Positions 24,100-35,270 of a DNA stretch of 64,000 nt are shown here, piece by piece. The notes below the pieces were generated by a model that worked only from the letters and a program-made list of their open reading frames with translations, was not told the DNA's origin and made no database searches. The translations under genes and the position numbers were made by a program. Source of the stretch: Vicugna vicugna. Its lineage: Eukaryota. The stretch lies in NCBI GenBank assembly GCA_013265495.1, contig MU058687.1, forward strand, positions 496,001 through 560,000. Reading direction: 5' to 3'. The stretch's first letter is position 1. Every line of letters begins with the position of its first letter.

Positions 24100-27000
24100 G
24101 ACCTATGCCCACATCTCTTGATGACATTTCAGCTTTCTGATCAAGTTAGGTTAGGGGTTTCCCTAAACCATTGAAGACTGTGAATCTATTAAGCAAAACA
24201 GGCAAATTTAAAGCAGAGTTTCCTTGCTGTAGATAGACTGTGGAATGAGTCCAGAGCTCATGCAAATCAGTTCCCTGGAGCTAGCACAAGTGGGAGGAGC
24301 TTTGAAATGGGTGAAATTCTTTGTAGTATAAATGATCAACTTGCAACAGCTCTGTGAATAATACCTACAGTGTAACAGAACCTTATTCTGGTTTTGTACA
24401 TTATTTTATCTCTTAAGTGCTGTATTCTCTCATTTTAGTCTGAAGGAAATAAAATGAATACGTTTCCTCAGACGTGCTTGACCTTTCAACAAAGAATTTA
24501 CAATGAAGATTTTTAACTGTTCAATTTATCTTTGGCTGTCAAGTTATTTCAGTCAATCTCTCCTAGGACAAATGAAGCAAAAAGATTCTTCTTCTGATAT
24601 TCTCAACATCTGAGAGATAATCTTCCTTTGCTCCAACAATTTCTCATTAAATATAAAGCTTATGGAATCTGCCTATAAAATGAGCATCTGGCATTTCTGT
24701 GGTAAATTAGAAAGTCAACTTGTTGCTTTTAAGATAGGACCTTGACATTCATGAGGGAGCTTTGTGAATTCCTAAGTTTGTGATAACCTATAGCATATCA
24801 TTTTTGCCCTAAAAAGCAGTAACATGTGGGTGAAAAAGTTCAATTTACCCTTTTGGGCTCTTGATGTAAATTATTCCGTAATTAGAAGTAACTAAAGTAA
24901 TTCTCCCACTGAAACAAATGTTACACTACAAGATACTGAATTATTAGTAGTAACATAATTTTGAACTTGTCTGAATTTTCATATTCAAGATAGTGATGGC
25001 AGATAATTACGGACTATGGAGTGAGACCATGAAATGTATTGAACTACAGAAAAAGTTATATTTCAACATTAGCTTTGAAGAAAGAGGCAAGTGGTAGAGG
25101 AAATAGGAAGATAATTGTGCAACAGTATTCTGAGAGGGAACCTTCATGAAGTGATAGCTTCTTTCTAAAGGACACAATGAATGGTATCTATATTGCTTTT
25201 ATTTCCTAGTACAGAATCAGTGCAGATTTTATTACTTAAGGCTCTATTCACTGATCATAACTTGTTTTGGTGTCAATTAGCTGTTTTCCATGTTAGAGCT
25301 TTGAATAAATTTATGAAAACTTCTAAATTTTTTCTAAATCTTCAGTGTCATCCTCTTTGTCATTCTTTGCCAAATCATCTCCAAATCTCCTGGCTCTTTT
25401 AATTCTTTTATGTCACTTTTAGTTGTGCCCTCCAAACCCTCTTATCTTGCCAATATTAATGGTATACTCCTCTTAATTACCTTGATCTCCTTGAAGTCAT
25501 ACACTGCCTTCTTTCGTAAGGCATGCCAATAAGCATCTACCCTCTTGGATCACCCAGTCTCCAGTAGGAGATTCCATAATATATTTTATGTAATCAAGGA
25601 TGTACTTCTTCTAAAGCTGGTGGTTACCAAGTTTGAAATCTTTGTCCACAGCACTTTATGATACCAGTGAAACTATGGTAAAGTCATATATCTTGAGCTT
25701 GTGTTTTATACTTCATTTGAAAAGTCAGAAACATTAAGGGAAAGGAACATCACCTTGACTTAGAGTTGCAAACCATAGCCTTTGAGGATGGCCTTGCATA
25801 TTGTCTGTAATGGGGGAGAACCTGAAGTTCATGCTTTGGAGAAATTAGGTATTTCTCTATTTCTGGCATAAAGAATTTAAAAAAGCAGTCCAAAAAACAC
25901 TGCCCTGTATCTGAGATTTTTTATTGGCCTGGCAGTAGTTGGAAAAGAATTCTTTTTATGTCCTAAGGTTCTCAGATTAGTAAGGCAACCTTAATTTTTT
26001 CATAAAGTCTACATATTACTATAAAGTAGATAAGTCAATCTGATCTTAAACTCTATAAGCTATATAAGGATATGTGAACATCTGGGTTTTTTATCACTGG
26101 ATTCCCAACACTTACTATGATTTGTACATGACAAATATTTAATTGTTTTGTCTAATAGGTGCTTACCTTTTCTCTTTCATGATTATGTTTACAAAGACAT
26201 CTTTCTTTTAGTGTAAACCAGTTTAATATATGTTAAACAATTTCTTGTTATAACTTATAACCTTTCCTTTTTATGAACCCTTTAACTTCATATTTTCTCC
26301 CAAATCACATTGTGGTCATGAGTCCTTGTCTCCTCTATCATTCTCACTGCCTTTTCAGCTTTCATTGAAGGTTTTTTTTTTTTCTTTTTTTTTTTTCCTC
26401 TGTCTCTCTCTATTGATGAATGTTTTGATAAAAGCTGGAACCCTTGCTAAAACATTCCCACACACTGTTGGATGTGTAGTGGAACTATTCACGTCACAGA
26501 TCTGAGCCGACCACAAGAGAAGTATTCCACCCATCCTTTATTCCAAATATATAGAAACTTTTAGTCCTTTCCAGTTTTCATAGTGTTATTTTTCCTATGT
26601 AAATGAGTATCACTAGGGAATATCACAGCCACAGTGAGATGCAGGTGGTGAGTGGACTGCTAGGCTCACTCACTAGCTGAATGACTTGCTCCTTCAGTGT
26701 GTGTTGTTAAGATTAGTTCCTCAGCAAAATTGCAAGTAAGCTCCTGTGTTATACTGACTTTCGTGCTTTCATGGTTAAATCCCACGGATATTAAAGACCT
26801 GAATGATACATTTATGAGTTGCTCAGAATAACTTGTTTTCTTTCTTAAGTATAAAGTATAGGCAAAGTCTTTTGTAATGGCATAATTTAGCAGTCTAATT
26901 TTCTCTGGAATATTTTGTGACACAGTTAAAAGAAGAATAAATGATTTTTTTTGCCACAAATGAGATCTAATAATTATTTTCTTCAAATTAAGAATCCTAA

Positions 27001-27195
27001 CCTTAGAAATTACATTGGATTCTGTTTTTTTATTGTTCAGCACCACTGGGAAAAATGAGCATTTGCAAATATGGGCTGTTCCCACCTACATTTGCTTTGG
27101 TGTTTGGTGGATGCAAGCGGTGAGAAGATCCCAGTTTGCATGATTAACCTTGTAAGGACTATGGATCCTCTTATATGTAGGAACTACCCCTCTAC

Positions 27196-27268
27196 TTTTT
27201 TTTTTTTAATGGAGGTACTGGGGATTGAACCCAGGACCTAGTGTATGCTAAGCATCTCCTCTGCTACT
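27196..27268 (-). mobile_element. vic-1-like SINE, missing its 5' end
   Basis: Poly(T) then AATGGAGGTACTGGGGATTGAACCCAGGACC...TGCTAAGCA; the A-box end is absent. Confidence 0.85.
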
Positions 27269-27294
27269 CCATTTAGATCAGAAATGAAGCTGGT

Positions 27295-29008
27295 TTTGCA
27301 GAAATTAACAAGCAAATCATAAAATTCACATGGAAATACAAGAGACCCAGAATAGCTAAACAATCTTGAAAGAGAACAAAGGCGAGTTCTCACACTTCCC
27401 AGTCTCAAAGCTTAATACCAAGCTGCAGTAATCAAGTGATACTGGCATAAGGATAGCCATATAGATCAACGGAATAGAATTGAGAATCCTTCACATTTAC
27501 AGACAATAATTTTTTGAGGTGGGTGCCAGATCATTCAGTGGGGGAAGATACATAGTCTTTTTAACAAATGGTGCTGGAAAGAGGGGAGGGTATAGCTCAA
27601 GCTGTAGAGCACATGCTTAGCATGCACAGGGTCCTGGGTTCAATCCCCAGCACCTCCTCCAAACATAAATAAATAAACCCAATTACCTCCCCCTCATAAA
27701 AAAAAAAGGGAACAAATGGTGCTGGAAAAATGAAATATCTGCATGCAAAACCCCAAAATTAAACTCTCTACCTCATACCATATACAAATATTAATTCAAA
27801 ATGAATTATAAACCTAACTGTAAGAGCTAAAACTATAATACTCTTAGAGAAGAAAATACAGGCATAAATCTTTGTGGTCTTAGATTAGGCATTGTTTCTT
27901 AGATATGATACCAAAAGCACAAGCAGAAAAAGAAAATAATAAATTAGACTTCATCAAAATGTGAAACTTTTATGTTTCAAAGACACCATCAAGAAAGTGA
28001 AAAGACAACCCACAGAATGGAGAAAACTTTTGCAAATCATTTCTGTATTGTTTGATAATGGGCTTATATCCAGAATATATAAAGAACTCTTACAACTCAA
28101 CAACAGAAAGACAGCCCCCTTTTTAAAGTGGGCAAAGGATTTGAATAGACACTTCTCCAAAGAAGATACACAGATGGCCAATAAGCAGATGCAGAGATGC
28201 ACAGCATCATTAATCATTGGGGAAATGCAAATCAAAACCATGAGATACTACTTCAAACCACTAGGTGAGAGTAATAAAAAAGATGGACAGTAACAAGTAT
28301 TGGGAAGGATCTGGAGAATTGGAATCCTTGTACACTATTGGTGGGAATGTAAAAATGGTGCAGCCATTATGGAAAACAGTATGGTGGTTCCTCAAAAAAT
28401 TAAAAATAGAATTACTGTATGATCCAACTATTCCACTTCTGGGCATATATACCTGAAAGAATTGAAAATGGGGACTAGAAGAGATATTTGTATACCCATG
28501 TTCACAGCAGCACTATTTGTAATTGCCAAAAAGTGGAAACAACCCAGGTGTCTATTGATAGATGGATGGATAAACAAAATGTGGTGTATTCATACAGTGG
28601 AATATTATTCAGCCTTAAAAAGGAAGGAAAATTTGACACAAGCTGTAACAGAGGAGTTTGAGGATATGCTAAGTGAAATGTGAGTCACAAAAAGCCAAAT
28701 ACTGTATGATTCCACTTATATGAGGTGCCTAGGGTAGTCAGATTCATGGAGACAGAAAGCAGGGGCTGGGGCAGGGAAGAATGGGGAGTTATTATTTATT
28801 GGGTACAGAGTTTCAGTTTTGCAAGATGGAAAGAGGTCAGGACATTGGTTGCACAACAGTATGAATATGTTTAATGCCACTGAAATGTACACTTAAAAAT
28901 GGTTAGGATGGTGTGTATTTTACCACAATGTAAGAGGACATAGATTTTATGGTATATAAATTATAGATCAATTTTAAAATAAATTATATAAGAAAAAGAA
29001 GAAAACAA
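27295..29008 (+). mobile_element. L1MB-type element: ORF2 C-terminus and 3' UTR, 5'-truncated
   Basis: ORF track pieces resemble L1 ORF2 C-term ([81 protein letters not shown]) but are broken by frameshifts. Possible TSD AGAAATGAAGCTGGT (27280-27294) / AGAAATGAAACCAGT (29009-29023). Confidence 0.92.
27581..27710 (+). mobile_element. Young vic-1-like SINE nested in L1
   Basis: Perfect 18-bp TSD AACAAATGGTGCTGGAAA (27563-27580 and 27711-27728), with A and B boxes and a poly(A). Confidence 0.95.
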
Positions 29009-29123
29009 AGAAATGAAACCAGTCTAGGAAACCCAAAAGTATTTGAAGAAGTCCATTTTAGGCCTGCTTCTATGTAAAGGCTCATTTTTGATGTACAGTT
29101 GACCCTTGAACAACACAGGGTTT

Positions 29124-29490
29124 TTTTGGTTACTTTTTAATTCTTATTTTTTATTGAAGTGTAGTATATTTACATTGTTAGTTTCAGGTATACAGCAAAG
29201 CAATTCAGTTATACATATACATACAGATTTTTCCATTACAGCTTTTCAGATTCTTTTCCATTACAGCTTATTACAGAAACTTGAATACAATTTTCAGATT
29301 CTTTTCCATTACAGCTTATTACAAAAACTTGAATACAATTCCCTGTGCTATACAGTAGGTCCTTGTTGTTTATCTGTTTTATATATAGTAATGTGTATCT
29401 GTTAATCGCAAACTCCTAATCTGTCCCTCCACCACTTTTCCCCCCAGGTAACCACAGTTTGTTTTCTTTATCTGTGAGTCTATTTCTGTA
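29124..29490 (-). mobile_element. Cetartiodactyl L1 3' end inside the Tigger MITE
   Basis: TTTTTATTGAAGTGTAG...TTCCCTGTGCTATACAGTAGGTCCTTG...TGTGAGTCTATTTCTGT. TSD-like AACAACACAGG (29109) / AACAACGCAGG (29491). Confidence 0.88.
29243..29338 (+). repeat. 48-bp tandem duplication (2 copies, 1 mismatch)
   Basis: TTTTCAGATTCTTTTCCATTACAGCTTATTACA(G/A)AAACTTGAATACAA twice, plus a partial copy at 29224-29243. Confidence 0.95.
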
Positions 29491-31624
29491 AACAACGCAG
29501 GTTTGAATTACACAGATCCACTTATCTGTGAATTTCTTTTCCAATAAATACATACTGCTTTACTACACAACCCATAGTTGATTAAATGAAAATATGGAAT
29601 GGTGAATACTGATGGCCAACTGTAGTTGTACAGTGATTTTCAATAGTGCAGGATGTCAGCGCCCCTAACCCCTACATTGTTCAAGGGTCAGTGGTATACT
29701 GATTTTTTATTTCATTTCCTTTAATTCATGAATAAGTCCCTTCTACCTCTCCTCTTCTCTTTATTCTTTCCCAAAGTAGATTTGTAATAATCTGATAATC
29801 CTTGGTACTTATTTTAACATCTGACCCTACAAAGGGTTCACATCTATTTCTTAAGGTTTAGATATTATAATAAATAAACTACAGCCAACTATGAAAAGCA
29901 GTGTCCTAGACCTTGGGTATCCAAAAAAAAAAAAAACCCACAAACTCCTCACAAGGCACTTATAATCTGATTAGGATGACAAAGCAAATATGTAAAAAGA
30001 GCACAGTAAAAGAGAGCTACTTGAGTACCACAGGCATTCAGAAATGAGAGATCATAGTGAACTGAAGGTGGTTTGGTAGAGTCCTTTAAAAAGTGGTGTT
30101 TAAACTGGAGTGAAAAAAGTAAATACTCTATATTATCACTGGCAAATTGGTTTCCTTCTCACTCTAAGATTTCATGTAAAATGTAGCATTCCGTGTAGCA
30201 GTTACTATTTGATTGACCTGCACAAATTCTTTTTTCTCATGGATATGATTTCCCTTGCTGGCAACCCAGTTTGCTAGTACAGTAAAAGGTATCGCTTGTT
30301 TGTCTATTTGTCCAGTAATTAAGTGCTTAGGGAGGCAGAGTGACCTTACATCATAATTTAGCCTCCAAGCCATGTAGCAGCCTCTCTGGGTTTATACTGT
30401 TAAGGCTAAAAGTGGCAACAAAGATAAGAAAATAGGCACCATCAAGCATTTCTGGCATGGGGTGAATACGACCTGCACCTTGATGATGATTTTCACTATT
30501 TCTGCTTTCTATGCTGGATGGATTTACTACTCATTAGAATCTCAGAGATCCTTAATTTTAAAAATATAATGATTTTTTTTTAGTCTTCTACGTGTTAATT
30601 GTTAACCTCCTTATGACATGCATGATGATTTCTGAATTTTCACTATTCATTAGGCACAACTCATTGTGGAAGCACTGAAACAGTTGGTTACTACTGCATC
30701 TAATTCTTATTTAAATAAACAAGTAAGAGTCCTTTAAAAAGATTAGCCAGAACAGTTTTAAAAATTCACAGCAGCACTGATGTACATCAGCTCTGGCTTG
30801 GCAGACTGTGACCCAGGGCTGTGCAGTGTTTTATTACCCTCAGCTGCATAAGGGTACATCCTTATAGCACCACTTTTGTAGCAGGTATTTTTATAACTCT
30901 ACAAAATGATTAGACTGACGTAGAGCAATTCTCTAAATTCATAGGTATTAAAATATTCTGACAGCTGTCTCCTTTTTGCCTTTAAGTTGAGACATCATGA
31001 TGAGATAAGACTGCACCAGGCCTGATCGGTACATAAATGAAGTTAGGCATGGATTTCTCACGTTATTGACAAGTGTCTTTGTGACTATAAATAGGAGAAA
31101 TCTTGGAGGAGGGATTCCCATTATAGTAATTCCAATTCAATTCCAATAATATTCCTGTTTTTTTGTTTGTTAATTTTAAGAAGCCTCTTTACTTCAAAAT
31201 ACATTTCATGTAATCAGATAAGAAGGAAAAATGTCTCTGAATTCTAACTAAAACAACTTAGCTTGTGCTCAAAAACTCTACCATATCTTTATCTGTTTGA
31301 GATATTGATTAGGGTTCAGAGAGTGTTTTGGAGAGCCTGGATGGAAGAATGCTGGTGATAAATTAGTATTGCAATATAGTGACATGGGAGACAGACTCTT
31401 CTCTTTCCAAAATAGGCTTCTGGCAACTCATGAACTCTGGCTCATAGTCCTCAAGAGGAAACCAAGAGTCTGGGAAGGTCTCAGGTTATGGTCTCAGCAA
31501 CTGTCTGACCTCTCTTCCCCTAAGTACTCCCTGTGTAGTTCCAAGTGTCTCAAATGCTTCTGAGAACAGTTTAAAATTGAAAGATTGGCCCTTGGCTGAG
31601 AAATATATGAGACTTTAAATGGCA

Positions 31625-32255
31625 TGTGGCTATTCATACAACCATTTTGGAAAACTCTTAGGTAGTATCTACTAGCTTATTGTACTTATAACCTATGACC
31701 TAATAATTCCAGTGGTAGATATATATCCTAGAAATAGAGTTGCAAACATTTGTACACCAAAAGACACATAGAAAATATTCAGAATGGCACTATTCATAAT
31801 AGACCCAAACTAGAACAGTCTAAAGGTTCATTGATGGTAGAATGAGTAAATGAAATTATGGTATATTAATATAACAGAATACTGTATAACCATGAAAATG
31901 AACAAACCAATGCTACATGCAACAACATGCATGAGTCTCTGGAACATAACCTCTGATAGATGAAACCAGACACAAAAAAGTACATATTATACTACATCAT
32001 TTGTATAAAATTCAAAAACAAGTAAAGCTAATCAATCTGTGGTGATGAAAATAGTAGTTGCATTGTGAGTATAGTAGTGGCTGGGAAGGGGCATAAGAAG
32101 GGGGTCTTCTAGGATGCTGGCAATGGTTCTCTATGTAGATGTATGTGGTTGTTACACAGATGTGTTCATCTTGTGAAATTCCTCACATGTATACTTATGA
32201 TTTGTGCTTTTTTCTGTATATATGATATACTTTAAAGTGTTAATTAAAAAAAATT
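31625..32255 (+). mobile_element. Old L1MC/ME 3' fragment
   Basis: CATACAACCATTTTGGAAAAC, ACCTATGACCTAATAATTCC, CCAGACACAAAAAAGTACATA, TACACAGATGTGTTCATCTTGTGAAA. Confidence 0.75.
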
Positions 32256-32682
32256 TTTTTAAAGACAGTGACTGAGATAAACTTTGAAACTAATTCACTC
32301 TAAAGTCTAATTGCCAGTCCGTCCTTAAATTGAAATGATAGCTCTCACAGCCTTTCTGGTTTCATATGGGATGCTGACGAAAGAAGATTATCAAGCATTA
32401 GTAATTTTCCAGCCAGTTAAGAAAGAGAATGTTGAAGAGGAAGAGAATCAACCCCCTAGATTTCAAAATATTACTTAGAGCAGGCTTTATATGTTGGATA
32501 AGAATAACAGGAATTGTTTTCTAGGGTATTTTTGTCATGAGTGGCTGTTGAATGTATACAACTTTTTGTGCCTTAAAAGTTTGCTTTTAGTGTAAACATC
32601 CTTCGTATTAACATTGTTGTTCTCAGAGAGTCATTAAATGAGGTTATCACTGTAATAAAAAAAGAATGGTGATGAATGTGAC

Positions 32683-32697
32683 TCAGTAGATGGCAGT
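32683..32697 (+). promoter_or_regulatory. Candidate CTCF motif overlapping an AP-1 site (TGACTCA)
   Basis: TCAGTAGATGGCAGT is a near-consensus match; motif only. Confidence 0.35.
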
Positions 32698-33630
32698 GTT
32701 CCCTTTGAAGTTTTTAGTTAAAATGTGGGTACATGGGGGGGTAACTCTTAGCAACTTCTTTCAATAGGACTGATAAAGGGTCACATGCTAGAACAAGCAG
32801 ACCAGAAAGAACATTTTAATTTTTTTTTCCATTTGTTCTTTCATATTATTACTATTTTGAATGAACCAACAAGATTTACAGTCCACAAATCTGGCGGACT
32901 TATTTTCCCACATAAAAATCCTAGAGTTATAGCCTGCAAGAGGAAGTTTATTTAATGTAGTAATGCTTTAAGTGGGTGTTAATGGATAGAATATTCAGGA
33001 AGGATTTAAGTCATTCTTTTTCCTTTTCTCTTGGGTATTTAGGAGTATGTGTCTGTCAAGAGTGAGATAATAACAAACTGCTTTGGACAAAGATGTCAAT
33101 GAAATTTATTGATGAGGAAATTAGGTTGTACTTGAGCATGAATTAAAAGAAAAATTAAAGTGATTGACCACTCTTTTTGTTGGTAATTTTAATACAAATC
33201 AAATGCTATTTGAATAGTCTCTCTTTTCATATTGAAATTTCCTTAAAATGGTAGTGCCTGAAGAAGGCTTTAGGCTTCAGAAATCTTGTGGCATTATAGG
33301 GGTTTTTGTTATAAGGAATTTGACATGGATTAGAGTAATAATATGCCAGAGAAGTCAAGAGTTATCAGCCAAAGGACAAAACACGCCTATCGTGCCGAAT
33401 AGGAGACCAATGCAGTTGGAGTCAGAACTATTCAAGCCCTCACTTTACTCGTTATTAACTATTGACCTTGGGTGAATCACTTAACCTGCCTAATTTTTCT
33501 TTTTCTCATCTGTGAAATATTAGGTGACAAATACCTGCTTTGCCTTCCGTATAGGGGTGTTGAGTGGATCAGATAGGAGCATTGTCTTCAAGGGTGCTGT
33601 GTTAATGGATTTGACAGATGGACTCTGTTA

Positions 33631-33820
33631 TTTTTGTTTTGTTTTGTTTTTATTGAAGTATAGTCAGTCTACAACATTGTGTCAATTTCTGGTGTACAGC
33701 ACATTGCTTCAGTCATACATGCATATGCATTTATTCATTTACATATTCCTTTTCACCAGAAGCTACTATAAGATATCGAATACAGTTCCCTGTGCTATAC
33801 AGTGTAAATTTGTTTATCTA
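33631..33820 (-). mobile_element. Camelid-type L1 3' end fragment
   Basis: T-rich tail then TTTATTGAAGTATAGTCAG...TCAATTTCTGGTGTACAGC...GTTCCCTGTGCTATACAG; degenerate GACTCT(A)TGTT flanks. Confidence 0.88.
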
Positions 33821-34884
33821 TGACTCTATGTTGTTTTTATACTGTTTAATTAACTTTTTGTTTCCTCAGGTTTTCTGCCTATAGTCATCAGCTACCTGCT
33901 GAGAAACATTGTTAAACGTAGTTTCAACAGCCATAATTATATAAGTACCTACTAATAGGTACTGTGCTAAGTGCCTTAAGGGCATAGTTTCTAAAGCCTC
34001 AAAACTGCACTTGAGTAAGTTGGACCATTGACTGCATTTTATAGTTCACAAAGGTCTGGCTGGCCTAGCCCAGGAGCTGTGACTCAAATCTTCTGACCCT
34101 ATAGCAGTTTCTTATAATATGTTATTGCTATTCCTGCCATGATGCATTTCATTTTTCACTATTCCACAGCTAGTGTTGTAGAAACCAGAGCCATACATAG
34201 TATTTTTATGTATTGGGCAGTTCAAATAAAGACATTGAGTCTTCAAAGAAAATGTTATTATGTTTCACTTTGAAATTATTAACAGAATTCTAATGCATGC
34301 AGTTATTTATTTGAGAGTGGGGAGAGTTGGTGCTCCTGACTTCACTCTGTGTTTCATCTTTAACCAGAGCACATTCAAGTTGTTTCTTGGTGATTCAGAC
34401 TCAAGGAGAGGAATAGTCATTAACACAATCTAAAGAGTGTTAATATTGGTTTGAGGACATATTGATTTTCTTTACAAATACTCCTCCCAATTATATTTTA
34501 TTTTAATATTACAACTGGTTTACCTTTTTTCTTTTTTGTATATATTTATATGTGTGTGTGTATTTTAGGGGGGTTCCCATTTATTGTAATTACAATAGTC
34601 ATTAACATCATGCATGGAGATGACATTTTCTGAAGAATACATTTAAAACTGATAAGTCAATAAATACTAATAACTAAATATATTTTTGCTATTTTTGTCA
34701 GGTAGAAACAAAGATATATGAAATTTTTCATTTATTAATGTTTCAGTATTTTTTAAATGTTAATGAAAAATGATTTTTCAAAAGTATATCTCTAACTTTC
34801 TCTTGTAAAAATATAAAAATTACTTATTCATGTTTTGGCCACTTTCTAGTTTAGTCTGTAAATTGTCACTTTCTGCTTTTTAAA

Positions 34885-35270
34885 TTAATTTTAAATTTTA
34901 TAACAGTTTAGACATTCACAGGAAGATTATGAAAGAGAGTTACCATATAACTCACACCTAGTTTCCCCTATTATTATTATTATGATTCATTTGTTTTAAT
35001 TAGTGGACTTTACTTTTTTTTTCTTTTTCACTTTTTTCCCATACTTTATTTAGATTGCCCTAGTGTTCCCCTAATGTTCTTTTTCTGCTCCAGGGTCCCC
35101 TCCAGGATAGCATAATTACATTTAGTGGTCATATCTTCTCACAGTCTCCTCTTGGCTATGAGTTTCTCAGACTTTTGGTTGTTGATGACCTTAACAGTTA
35201 AAGAGTACTGGTCAGGTACATTGTAGAATGTTCCTCAATTGGGGTTTGATGTTTTTCTCACAATTATGGT
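34885..35270 (-). mobile_element. L1MC-type 3' fragment
   Basis: AACAGTTTAGACATTCACAGGAAG, CTAATGTTCTTTTTCTGCTCCAGG, GATGACCTTAACAGTT..GAGTACTGGTCAGGTA. Confidence 0.7.

Larger units (their letters stand above)
29096..29694. mobile_element. TcMar-Tigger MITE (MER8/Tigger2-like) interrupted by L1
   Basis: TIRs CAGTTGACCCTTGAACAA and TTGTTCAAGGGTCAGTGG, each flanked by TA. Confidence 0.85.

Noticed and set aside
25300..26400. Possible antisense CR1-like remnant
   Set aside because: The similarity is too faint to support without an HMM search.
26666..27085. Longest ORF in the window (139 aa)
   Set aside because: It has a non-ATG start, AT-rich composition, no recognisable domain and no convincing splice sites.
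27961..28683. Three ORFs resembling a real protein
   Set aside because: They are frameshifted remnants of the L1 ORF2 C-terminus.
29243..29338. CRISPR-like repeat
   Set aside because: The copies are adjacent with no spacers, inside an L1 in mammalian DNA.
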